Virus record (IMG/VR): IMGVR_UViG_2651870089_000025 | Coordinates: 43,521 to 107,520 of that record | Origin: a virus | Lineage: Duplodnaviria; Caudoviricetes | Strand: one strand, 5' to 3' | DNA: 64,000 nucleotides | Position numbers and translations under genes: made by a program | Shown: positions 19,610 to 28,674 of the stretch, piece by piece | Numbering within the stretch: the stretch's first letter is position 1 | Layout of the letters: every line of letters starts with the position of its first letter | Notes under the pieces: generated by a model | Told to the model about the DNA's origin: nothing | The model's input: the letters and a program-made list of their open reading frames with translations, nothing else | The model's database searches: none

Positions 19610-21364
19610 ATGGAAGCACATGAAATATTAGACAGATACGAACTACTATACAGTAGCCAAGCACCTATTCTAAGCGACATTCGTCGTGTTGTAGTAGACG
19701 AAGATTTAAGCAGTATTTTTAGAATTGCATCAGATATAACACAACATAAAGAGTTAGTCGATGAGTTTCGTAAGTCCGTTATTGAAAAAAACCCACATGC
19801 AATATTTCGTGTTGTTTCTCTTTTGTCCGCTGGAAACGAACCACATGAACAGATTGTAGAAGATTTACGAAAAGCAGTAGTAGAAGAAAATCATCGATCA
19901 ATATTTAGAGTGTTCGAGCATGCCGGTGTTGGTATAGATGATTTGCGTAAAGCAATGACAGAAAAAAATCATCGAGCGATATTTAGAGTTTTTGATTATT
20001 TCGATTCTTCGGATAAATTAGATGATCTGCGTAAAGCAATTATTGAGAAGAATCATAGATCGATATTTAGAGTTTTCGCTCAATACGGACTTACTACTGA
20101 ATTAGAAGATTTACGAAAAGCCATGACAGAAAAAAATCTAAACGCAGTATTTAGAATTTTTGAGGAGCACAAGAATGCAGACATTGACGATATTCGTAAA
20201 ACTATCATAGAAGAAAATTTACATGCATTATTTAGATTATTAGAGCATTATGAGTTAGATATACCGTTAGATGATTTGCGCCGTGCAATAATTGAAGACA
20301 ATTTACATTCATTATTTAGATTAATCAAAAACGAAGAAACGTTGCCTGCTGAAGATATACGTAAAGCAATAATAGAAGATAACCTACATTCGTTATTTAG
20401 GTTAGTTGATACTTTAAATACAGGCGAAACGGCTGTGCTAATAGATGATGTACGCCGCAGTATTGCTGAAAAGAATTGGCACTCAGTTTTTAGAACGTTA
20501 GATTATTTTCAACAAACGGATTTGTTACCACTTTCGATGCCAATTGAGGATTTACGCAAGGCTATAATAGAAGAGAATATGCATTCAATTTTTAGAGTGT
20601 TGTCTCGTCTCGACGCTGAAAATAGAGAAATGAACAATTTGCGCCAAGCAGTAGTATTGAATTTCAATACTACAGTAGTATTGAAAAAAATAGAGTCGTT
20701 GGTGGCAATGTTTATTGATAATCCACCTGCTTTATTTGATACTCTCCCTAGAGCAATACGCAATTTTCCTGAAGCAGAATTGCGAGATGCATTTTCTAGA
20801 GGACAAGTTGCTAGTAAAAAATGGCTAGTTGAGGAGTTAGTAAAATTAGATTTGGACCTTGGTACGGTATTTTTGTGTGCTGGGTGGTACAGTTCCTTGG
20901 CATTATTATTATTTGAGTCAGGCCTGAAACTAGAAAAGATTAGATCGTTTGACATAGACCCAACTTGCTATAAAATTGCTGACACAATTAATAGACCATA
21001 TGTTATGGACGCTTGGAAGTTTAAAGCACAAACCGGCGATATAACAGAAATTAATTACAGAGACGGTCATACATATGATACAATAAAAAGCAACGGCGAG
21101 CCGCAAGAGTTGTATGATAAACCTGATACTGTAATTAATACAAGTTGCGAACACATTACAAATTTTTCCAAGTGGCACAGTTTAATACCAGTTGGAACTT
21201 TAGTTATTTTACAAACAAACGATTATTTTGAAATTGAAGATCACGTGAATTGCGTAAATGATATTGACGAGTTTAAACGAATGGCTCCGCTTACTAATGT
21301 TTTATATGAGGGTGTATTAAATCTCGAAAAATATAATAGATATATGTTAATAGGATATCGTTAA
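19610..21364 (+). CDS. Tandem helical-repeat protein fused to a class I SAM-dependent methyltransferase
   Basis: Eleven or more repeats of DDLRKAIIExNxHSIFR; C-terminal AFSRGQVASKKWL, FLCAGWY, SFDIDP, INTSCEH. Confidence 0.7.
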   Translation: MEAHEILDRYELLYSSQAPILSDIRRVVVDEDLSSIFRIASDITQHKELVDEFRKSVIEKNPHAIFRVVSLLSAGNEPHEQIVEDLRKAVVEENHRSIFRVFEHAGVGIDDLRKAMTEKNHRAIFRVFDYFDSSDKLDDLRKAIIEKNHRSIFRVFAQYGLTTELEDLRKAMTEKNLNAVFRIFEEHKNADIDDIRKTIIEENLHALFRLLEHYELDIPLDDLRRAIIEDNLHSLFRLIKNEETLPAEDIRKAIIEDNLHSLFRLVDTLNTGETAVLIDDVRRSIAEKNWHSVFRTLDYFQQTDLLPLSMPIEDLRKAIIEENMHSIFRVLSRLDAENREMNNLRQAVVLNFNTTVVLKKIESLVAMFIDNPPALFDTLPRAIRNFPEAELRDAFSRGQVASKKWLVEELVKLDLDLGTVFLCAGWYSSLALLLFESGLKLEKIRSFDIDPTCYKIADTINRPYVMDAWKFKAQTGDITEINYRDGHTYDTIKSNGEPQELYDKPDTVINTSCEHITNFSKWHSLIPVGTLVILQTNDYFEIEDHVNCVNDIDEFKRMAPLTNVLYEGVLNLEKYNRYMLIGYR

Positions 21365-22455
21365 TGTATACTTATGATGAGATTAGAACAGTACATTTAG
21401 AAATTACACAACGTTGCCAAGCAGCTTGCCCTATGTGTGATCGTAACATGAACGGCGGAGCCGACAACCCCCATATGACAGATGCAGAACTATCAATTGG
21501 AGATGTGCAGAAGATTTTTAGTGTCCCGTTTGTACAGCAATTAAAAACCATGTATATGTGCGGTAACTTAGGCGATCCTATTGTTGCTAAAGATACACTT
21601 GAAGTATTTGAGTATTTTAGAAAACACAACCCGGATATGTGGTTAAGTATGAACACTAACGCAGGTGCTAGAGAACCAGAATGGTGGGAGCGTCTTGCCA
21701 AAATATACGGACGCATGGGCACAGTTATTTTTAGTGTCGACGGGTTACGAGATACAAACCATTTATATAGACAAAATGTAAATTGGGACATAGTTGAACG
21801 TAGTATGCGAGCATTTGTAGGAGCCGGTGGTAGAGCACGATGGGACTTTTTAATATTTGAACACAATGAACATCAAGTAGAAGAAGCAGAGGCACTTGCT
21901 AACGAAATAGGTTTTGAGAAGTTTACCAAAAAGAAAACAGGAAGATTTATTAGTAGTGCTACAAGTCAAGCAAAGGAAGAACATCAATCGGTAAATCGCA
22001 AAGGGCAGGAAACACAAAACTTAACAAAACCTACTAAAGAAGAATATAAAAATAGAGCATTACTAAAGCAAGAAGAAATAATCAAAACTTATGGTAGTAT
22101 GTTGGAGTATTATAATACTTGTCAAATAAAATGTAAAGTTGCCAACGAGGATAAGAGTATTTTTATAACAGCCGAAGGACTTCTTATGCCGTGTTGCTGG
22201 ACTGCCGGACGCATGTACAAATGGTGGCATAAAGATTTTAGGGTTGAGCAGATATGGGATTTTATTGATCATGCAGGCGGTAAAGAAGGTATTGATGTAA
22301 TTAACAACAATTTAGGGGATGTTATTAATAACAGCGGCTTGCTACAGGATATTACAAACAGTTGGTCTTTGAACAGTTTAGAGAAAGGTAAATTGGGGGT
22401 TTGTGCACAGAAGTGCGGAATAGAATTTGACCCATTTGGTGAGCAGTTTACTTAG
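21364..22455 (+). CDS. Radical SAM protein with C-terminal Cys-rich (SPASM-like) region
   Basis: CQAACPMC, MCGNLGDP, FSVDG, C-terminal PCCW..CAQKC. Confidence 0.85.
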   Translation: MYTYDEIRTVHLEITQRCQAACPMCDRNMNGGADNPHMTDAELSIGDVQKIFSVPFVQQLKTMYMCGNLGDPIVAKDTLEVFEYFRKHNPDMWLSMNTNAGAREPEWWERLAKIYGRMGTVIFSVDGLRDTNHLYRQNVNWDIVERSMRAFVGAGGRARWDFLIFEHNEHQVEEAEALANEIGFEKFTKKKTGRFISSATSQAKEEHQSVNRKGQETQNLTKPTKEEYKNRALLKQEEIIKTYGSMLEYYNTCQIKCKVANEDKSIFITAEGLLMPCCWTAGRMYKWWHKDFRVEQIWDFIDHAGGKEGIDVINNNLGDVINNSGLLQDITNSWSLNSLEKGKLGVCAQKCGIEFDPFGEQFT

Positions 22456-22876
22456 TATTTCTTCTATTGATAATTAAATCAAGTTTCTTTATATTATTCT
22501 TATTTTGCAAGATCAATTTAGTGCCAGCATGCAAAGGTTTTGGCCATGCACCGATATTAACCCACGCATAACCCACGTGCTCATCATTTAATTCTGGGTG
22601 AAATTCATTATTAATAGTACTTACAAAACTAGCATAGTTAAAACCGTCATCGTTGCTAACAAAGTTATCTAAAGGAACAGTTTTAATAATTTTAGGAAAA
22701 TTTATTAATTCTTCTTTGAGTTCTCGTTCTAACGCACTACCTAGGGTTTCTCCCTCTTCAACTTTTCCACCAAAGAAACTCCACGTTAGTGGGTGAGAAC
22801 TGTCTTCGGATCGTAAGCCTAAGAGTATACGATTAGTTTTTAGGCTTAAAAAAATAGTGCCTACTGCTTTTATCAT
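22448..22876 (-). CDS. NUDIX hydrolase
   Basis: Nudix box GGKVEEGETLGSALERELKEEL. Confidence 0.9.
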   Translation of the reverse strand: MIKAVGTIFLSLKTNRILLGLRSEDSSHPLTWSFFGGKVEEGETLGSALERELKEELINFPKIIKTVPLDNFVSNDDGFNYASFVSTINNEFHPELNDEHVGYAWVNIGAWPKPLHAGTKLILQNKNNIKKLDLIINRRNTK

Positions 22877-22885
22877 TATAATATA

Positions 22886-23059
22886 CTATACTTTTTTAGG
22901 TGTATATGTATATTTACATGATTTACAAAACCATTTGCCGCTTTTATTTGTAAACATCTCTTTACCGCACAAGCATTGTACAAGCGTTTGTACGTCTTTT
23001 TTTACATCACTATCCGCCAGAACCCCGGGTAATACCTCCCCTGGTACGAGTCTAGCCAT
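22886..23059 (-). CDS. Possible small zinc-ribbon protein overlapping the gp15 3' end
   Basis: CLCG..WFCKSC fills the gap between gp15 and NUDIX; start uncertain. Confidence 0.35.
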   Translation of the reverse strand: MARLVPGEVLPGVLADSDVKKDVQTLVQCLCGKEMFTNKSGKWFCKSCKYTYTPKKV

Positions 23060-24390
23060 TGTGTTCCGTTCCATTTAAATTGGTCTCCGGTGTAGTTATT
23101 TTGTATGTAAGTGATTTCCTCTGTTGCTGATGAATCAAAAAATACCACCCAACTACTTCCATTAAATTGAATAATGTCATTTGTGTTTGCTACTAAGTTA
23201 CCCCATGCTTGCGTTTCGTTTTCAACACCGGGTGCGCCAATGTCGTCTAGGATTAAATATCTTTGATTTGTTGTAGCAGCCGGTAATGTGCCATCGCCAG
23301 GATAACTTGCGTGTGGGTTAATAATTGCATTAACTGTAAAATCTGTTCCTGGCAATGTATCGGTGTCAACGGTGTAGTCTACAACATTTCCAGTTCCTGT
23401 TGTTGTAATAGTTCCAATAATATCGTCTGGGTTTGTCTGAAGTTCTGGATCCTGATTAAGACGTAATCTAACTTGCGTTACGCCTTCTTTTAAACCACCA
23501 TATGGTTCTAAATAATCTACCCAACTTAATTCTTTACCGTCGCCGCGGTCATTTATACCAGCATGATTTAGTAATTTTATTTGCCCATTGGAAACATTAA
23601 TTGAGGCATTGCTCGGTGTAATAATATCGCGTGTTAGGAAGTCTTGTGTACCAAAGAAATCATAAGCATCCGGATCAAAGTCTTCGGGATAGTCGTTAAT
23701 TTTATTTGTAATCTGATTAATAACACGTTGTTGATATACTTTTGCAGGAGGACTGATCCAAACCGGCATAGTAAATGTCATAGATGCGATATCAATTGTA
23801 GAATCGATACCTTGTGGTACACCTCGAGAACTCCAACTAATGTCTGTTAGTTCAACAACAACAAGCGAAGTCCAGTCGAGTATATTTGTGCTACTTTGTA
23901 GTTCAATCGATGGATTAAACAAGACCATTATTTGTTCCATTAGTTGTAATTTTTGATCAGCATTGCTTGTCCATACATCTACTTGCATAGTTAACGTATA
24001 CGGAGTAGGCATTATTCTTTCTACACTATATCTATTGCCTACTTTGTTAGTATATTTTCCAGTTTCCTGGTCAAACTCTCGTTCTATAATCTGTTGTTTG
24101 TCAACGTACAAGGGATCTAATGTTCTAGATCTGTCAGGTTGTACTGTTAAAATATGTGAAGTAATAAACGGGCAAGAATTAACAACATTCTCGCTGTTGT
24201 TTCTTAAAATATGTCCTACCATACGTTGCATGTCTGCATATCTGCAAGGAACTTTAATAAACTTTTCTACACCATCTTTGCCTTTACCAGTTTTAACTAG
24301 TAAGCCACCAAACAACCGCATGAATTGTAGAATATATCTACGAAACTGTTCGTCGTAAAAATAACCTGCTTCTCTATATCTACTTGTCAT
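23002..24390 (-). CDS. gp15: Tail completion/sheath terminator protein (T4 gp15-like) with C-terminal extension
   Basis: YFYDEQFRRYILQF, KVPCRYA, MPTPYTLTMQVDVWT..QKLQLMEQIMVLFNP; adjacent to the neck gene. Confidence 0.7.
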   Translation of the reverse strand: MTSRYREAGYFYDEQFRRYILQFMRLFGGLLVKTGKGKDGVEKFIKVPCRYADMQRMVGHILRNNSENVVNSCPFITSHILTVQPDRSRTLDPLYVDKQQIIEREFDQETGKYTNKVGNRYSVERIMPTPYTLTMQVDVWTSNADQKLQLMEQIMVLFNPSIELQSSTNILDWTSLVVVELTDISWSSRGVPQGIDSTIDIASMTFTMPVWISPPAKVYQQRVINQITNKINDYPEDFDPDAYDFFGTQDFLTRDIITPSNASINVSNGQIKLLNHAGINDRGDGKELSWVDYLEPYGGLKEGVTQVRLRLNQDPELQTNPDDIIGTITTTGTGNVVDYTVDTDTLPGTDFTVNAIINPHASYPGDGTLPAATTNQRYLILDDIGAPGVENETQAWGNLVANTNDIIQFNGSSWVVFFDSSATEEITYIQNNYTGDQFKWNGTQWLDSYQGRYYPGFWRIVM

Positions 24391-24401
24391 ATTTTATCTC
24401 T

Positions 24402-25493
24402 TTAAAAATCCGTTTTAGGTTTTATTGTTCTACTTAAACCTTGTTTTGAAGATACAGTTGTATTTGTATTTCTATCAACAGTTGAATCGGCATTTTCAAT
24501 AAAGGTTGTAAGTATTGTGTTAGCGGCTCTCCATACATGTCGTGTGTCATCCTCAACTTTGATCCATAGTTCGCTTTTTCTAATAAACAGTCTATGTGGG
24601 TTAAAATCTGTTCTTAAGAAATATGCACCTTCTGATGGATTTTGTGGAAATGTTTCGCCGCTTCCTACTACTGATGCACCGTTAGGGGGGGTTGCATCTG
24701 ATGTCCACACAGATGGTTTGTGTGTTTCCTCGTCAATGAAAATATGTCCGCCTTCAAAGCCATGTTTGGGAACTTCGTTTTCGCCCTGTTCTAATATCGC
24801 CTCACTAATTTCAAGTTCGTTATTGTATGTACTTAGGATATGTTTTAGATCGTTTGCTTCGTCTCCGTCACCGAGTATGTCTCGATATTCCATTGTGTCA
24901 ACTAGTGCATTACATTTTACACGAACAAGATGAGGCCACCAATTTGCATCGAATCCGGCTGCTTCTCTTATTACATCTTCGACTACATAAAATTTTCTTA
25001 TCGGTCCTGCTGAATTATCTAAACCGGTGTCGTCGAGTAAGTGTGGCAATTCTAACACATCACCCGCCATAATTTTGCGACCTAATATTGCCATAGTATC
25101 ATTTAAGTGAAATGTCATGAAGATATTATCTTGTGCAAGAAATAGTCCAAACTGTGTTAAGTCAAAATCATTGTCAGCAGGAGAATATACACCGCGTAAA
25201 TCGTAAACATTCTCGTCGTACTTGCGATCTCTGTTTTCTAAAAACAGCAGGTCTTGTATTTTTGTTTCAGCAACAATATTTTCTGTAGACTTTCTTTTAC
25301 CATAATTAGGTTGTGTAACATCTTCTTGTTCTACAGTACCGTCTTCTAAAATTGTTTCGCCTTGATCGTAAACACCTACATATTTGTGTACAAATACGCC
25401 TGTGCCACCTGCGTAGATATGCTCACCAACAATTCGGTCAATAAACTTATAATCATTTCCTTTAACAGGCTTCCAGAGTGATAATCTAGGCAT
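24402..25493 (-). CDS. gp14: Neck/head-closure protein (T4 gp14-like)
   Basis: FDLTQFGLFL, GDVLELP, FYVVEDV; adjacent to gp15; late promoter on the minus strand at 25512-25519. Confidence 0.6.
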   Translation of the reverse strand: MPRLSLWKPVKGNDYKFIDRIVGEHIYAGGTGVFVHKYVGVYDQGETILEDGTVEQEDVTQPNYGKRKSTENIVAETKIQDLLFLENRDRKYDENVYDLRGVYSPADNDFDLTQFGLFLAQDNIFMTFHLNDTMAILGRKIMAGDVLELPHLLDDTGLDNSAGPIRKFYVVEDVIREAAGFDANWWPHLVRVKCNALVDTMEYRDILGDGDEANDLKHILSTYNNELEISEAILEQGENEVPKHGFEGGHIFIDEETHKPSVWTSDATPPNGASVVGSGETFPQNPSEGAYFLRTDFNPHRLFIRKSELWIKVEDDTRHVWRAANTILTTFIENADSTVDRNTNTTVSSKQGLSRTIKPKTDF

Positions 25494-25511
25494 AGTTAAA
25501 TCCCTTTATTG

Positions 25512-25519
25512 TATTTATC
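25512..25519 (-). promoter_or_regulatory. T4-late-type promoter GATAAATA (minus strand)
   Basis: TATTTATC on the plus strand, upstream of gp14. Confidence 0.6.
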
Positions 25520-25532
25520 GCTTTGGTTAAGG

Positions 25533-25560
25533 TTGACAGTTATTCGCTGTGTAGTATAAT
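25533..25560 (+). promoter_or_regulatory. sigma70-type early promoter
   Basis: TTGACA-16-TATAAT. Confidence 0.75.
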
Positions 25561-25584
25561 GTAGTTAATAATAGAGGAATTGTA

Positions 25585-26367
25585 TTGAAACACCTAATCA
25601 GCATCACAGACGCAGATATCCCTTTATTACTAGAAAAATCACAGCAAATTGAGGCACACGGCCCTCCGCAATACCGTCATCCTAAGGTATTATGTAATTT
25701 ATTTTACGAACCTAGTACAAGAACAAGCAGTAGTTTTGCTAGTGCTATGTTTCGCATGGGAGGGCAAGTAATATCAATTAATGATGTTAACTATAGTTCT
25801 GTTAGTAAAGGCGAAAACTTAGAGGATACTGTTAGAACTGTAGGCACTTATGCTGATGTTATTGTATTGCGTTCCAAAATAGCAGGGGAAGCGCACAGGG
25901 CAAGTTTAGTTAGTGATGTACCAGTTATTAATGCTGGTGACGGAAACGGCGAACATCCTACGCAGACATTATTGGATCTTTATACAATATATAAACATTT
26001 CGGGCGTGTAGAAGACTTAACTGTGACATTTGTAGGTGATATTGAAAACGGTAGAACAGTTCATAGTTTAGATAAAGCACTGACAAATTGCGAAAAGTAT
26101 TTTTGCGAAACATATGATAAAAGTATATGGCCTACTAGTGATGTTTATTATCTAACAAGGGTTCAGCGCGAGCGCGGAAGCGAAGGCAGTTATAGCATGC
26201 GAAAGGAACATATACACCATATTCCGGAGACCTCTATTGTTATGCATCCATTTCCTCGCAATGAGGAGATACCAACTTGGTTTGACAGCGACCCTAGGGC
26301 AAAATACTTTGAACAAATGCATAACGGATTAATTATGAGACAAGCAATTTTAGCAGAATTTTTGTAA
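25585..26367 (+). CDS. pyrB: Aspartate carbamoyltransferase catalytic subunit (shortened)
   Basis: FYEPSTRT, SKGENLEDT, INAGDGNGEHPTQTLLD, VGD..GRTVHS, TRVQRER, MHPFPR; TTG start with AGAGGA SD. Confidence 0.92.
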   Translation: MKHLISITDADIPLLLEKSQQIEAHGPPQYRHPKVLCNLFYEPSTRTSSSFASAMFRMGGQVISINDVNYSSVSKGENLEDTVRTVGTYADVIVLRSKIAGEAHRASLVSDVPVINAGDGNGEHPTQTLLDLYTIYKHFGRVEDLTVTFVGDIENGRTVHSLDKALTNCEKYFCETYDKSIWPTSDVYYLTRVQRERGSEGSYSMRKEHIHHIPETSIVMHPFPRNEEIPTWFDSDPRAKYFEQMHNGLIMRQAILAEFL

Positions 26368-26379
26368 AATTCGTTAAGG

Positions 26380-26407
26380 TTGACAATTATTCAACGTATA
26401 GTATAAT
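26380..26407 (+). promoter_or_regulatory. sigma70-type early promoter
   Basis: TTGACA-16-TATAAT; shares GTTAAGGTTGACAnTTATTC with the 25533 promoter. Confidence 0.75.
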
Positions 26408-26438
26408 GTTTAAATAGCAATAAAACAAGGAAAAAACT

Positions 26439-27698
26439 GTGGCCGCTAAAAAGAAAGCAAAAAAACGTGTAGCAAAAAAGAATGATGGTGCGTTTGGAGC
26501 ACCAGACTGGGACGACTTACAATATACTGCTGACGAGTTGCTAGATCTTGATGATGAGAAAAAATTAGAAATAAAATTGCGTGTTATGCAAGGATTAAAT
26601 TTTTATAACTATCATCATTCATCTAAGGACAGCAAGCAACCACTTATTGAGTGGATGAAGAAGCAGAAGGTTGTAGATAAGAACGCAATTAACATAATTA
26701 AAGCCGCTCCGGACACACAGATAGGTATTACCGCTGGATCTGTTGCTCGTATGCTACTTAAAGGTGCGCCGCCTACGGATAACCTTGTTGCTGGACTTAA
26801 AAAGAGGATTCGAGAAATTGTCGAATCGGTGGAGAATCCACAAAATTGGGGTGGCAGTTTAAATGATGAGCCAAAACCAAAAGCAGACAAACCAAAAACA
26901 GCACAAGTTATTTCTATTCAAGATCGTATGGTAGAGAAAGCAAATAACTTCGCTGGCGAATATATCGAGGGGGCGGTTGACGATATGATTGCCAACGGCT
27001 TTAAGACCGATTTTAGCCTAGCAACTTTGTTACAAGTGCATGATGTATCCGGAAAAGCGGCAAATTTAATTGCACGAATGTATGACAGCGATGTAGAGGA
27101 CTTGACGAAAGTGCTCGCAGGCGTCGACAATGTCGACGTCGACAAAGAGGATGAATACGAAGCACAACTGCTTGAAGGCTACGGCCATTACACAAAATCA
27201 CAACTTAAAAAACTGTTACAGTTTTACACATCTGTAATTGCGGATGCAGAACATCACGGCAATCTACAAAAAGCAACTCGTAAGGTGCGTAAGAAGAAAG
27301 CACCAAACAAAGAGAAGTTAGTTGGCAAGATCAAGTATAAACTACAGGATGAAGCATTAAAACTTGTCTCTATCGATCCAAAAGACATACTTGGTGCTAA
27401 CGAATTGTGGGTTTATAACACAAAGAATCGCAAACTTGGCAAGTATGTTGCCTCTAACATTGATCCAAAGGGTATGGCTAGGGATGGCACAGGACTAAGC
27501 ATTAAAGGCACTACGATTATAGGCTTTGATGAGAAGTTGAGCATACAAAAGACTTTGCGTAAGCCAGCGGACTCGCTTAAAGCATTTAAGAGTGCTGGCA
27601 AGGTTGCGTTGCGTAAGTTTATGGATGAATTGACTACTACAGATATAAAGTTAACCGGTAGGATAAACAACGAGATCATACTTTTAAAAGTGCAATAA
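26439..27698 (+). CDS. Conserved T4-like phage hypothetical protein
   Basis: 419 aa with AAGGA SD; C-terminal ELWVYNTKNRKLGKY..GLSIKGTTIIGFD..QKTLRKP. Confidence 0.6.
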   Translation: MAAKKKAKKRVAKKNDGAFGAPDWDDLQYTADELLDLDDEKKLEIKLRVMQGLNFYNYHHSSKDSKQPLIEWMKKQKVVDKNAINIIKAAPDTQIGITAGSVARMLLKGAPPTDNLVAGLKKRIREIVESVENPQNWGGSLNDEPKPKADKPKTAQVISIQDRMVEKANNFAGEYIEGAVDDMIANGFKTDFSLATLLQVHDVSGKAANLIARMYDSDVEDLTKVLAGVDNVDVDKEDEYEAQLLEGYGHYTKSQLKKLLQFYTSVIADAEHHGNLQKATRKVRKKKAPNKEKLVGKIKYKLQDEALKLVSIDPKDILGANELWVYNTKNRKLGKYVASNIDPKGMARDGTGLSIKGTTIIGFDEKLSIQKTLRKPADSLKAFKSAGKVALRKFMDELTTTDIKLTGRINNEIILLKVQ

Positions 27699-27724
27699 TA
27701 GGAGAATATGTACTAAATATTTTA

Positions 27725-28144
27725 GTGCATATCCTTAAAAAATTATTATTCATACTTTTATTGTTGCTTCCATTAAACAGTTTTGGTTTACAATTGTTTT
27801 ATGTGGGCGCAACATGGTGTCCTGCATGCTTGGTAATAAAGAACGAGATTCTTCCTTTCTATAATGACGTAGATTTACCAATAGTACAAATAGATATCAC
27901 AACGGGTGTTATTGCTAACGAGGAATATCGTACATATTATGGCAATGGCACTATTGCTAGGTTATACGGGATTCCTGCGTTTATAATTTGGGACGAAGTT
28001 AACAAACGAGAATTAGTCAGATGGGTAGGCTATGCGTCTGAAGAACATTTTTACGATATGCTTAACCGTGCCAAAATAGTAGCAGAAAGAAATATAGAAA
28101 GATGTAGAATTTTTAACATCTGTCAGCCAAATAATATACAATAA
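27725..28144 (+). CDS. Thioredoxin-fold protein with N-terminal signal peptide
   Basis: WCPAC active-site motif, GIPAF cis-Pro motif, hydrophobic N-terminus KKLLFILLLLLPL. Confidence 0.75.
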   Translation: MHILKKLLFILLLLLPLNSFGLQLFYVGATWCPACLVIKNEILPFYNDVDLPIVQIDITTGVIANEEYRTYYGNGTIARLYGIPAFIIWDEVNKRELVRWVGYASEEHFYDMLNRAKIVAERNIERCRIFNICQPNNIQ

Positions 28145-28620
28145 TGTACAATGATCTTAATTTAAAAACAGTTAACTGGCTAGACATAGACATTTCAGAT
28201 TGGAAGGAAACATCTAAATTAGAGTTAGTTTTTAATAAAAATAACACTATTTCTTTTAAATTTGCAGATGCTGGTAAATGGCCAACAGTAGAAATGGTTC
28301 ATTATACCAACAGTGAAAACGATCATTGCACTTATATACCGGATGGTACTGCATTACAAGTAGATGCTAATTGCTGGGTGTTTGTATTTAAAGATAACAG
28401 ATGGCATGCAGGTACCTGGGGTAGTTTTCATAATTCGTATACAAAGCCTTTTGTAAATTTAGGCGGACATCGCATTAAGCAAGATCCGTTAACAGATTGG
28501 TATCCTGTGGTTGGCGAGACTCTTTATTTTATGGTATCTGCATATGCAAGATTTGGCGAAAATATTAATGTAAAAGAACGCACCAATGCTGTAAAAGTGC
28601 AATGGCCTGCTTTATTATAA
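28144..28620 (+). CDS. Hypothetical protein
   Basis: 158-aa Trp-rich ORF coupled to the thioredoxin gene. Confidence 0.6.
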   Translation: MYNDLNLKTVNWLDIDISDWKETSKLELVFNKNNTISFKFADAGKWPTVEMVHYTNSENDHCTYIPDGTALQVDANCWVFVFKDNRWHAGTWGSFHNSYTKPFVNLGGHRIKQDPLTDWYPVVGETLYFMVSAYARFGENINVKERTNAVKVQWPALL

Positions 28621-28674
28621 CGAGTTATTAAACTACGTAGTTTTCTTCTTAAATAATACATTAAGGAGACAACT

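Noticed and set aside
19680-20620. Regularly spaced nucleotide repeats resembling a CRISPR array
   Set aside because: The repeats are degenerate at third codon positions and lie in one open frame; they are protein repeats
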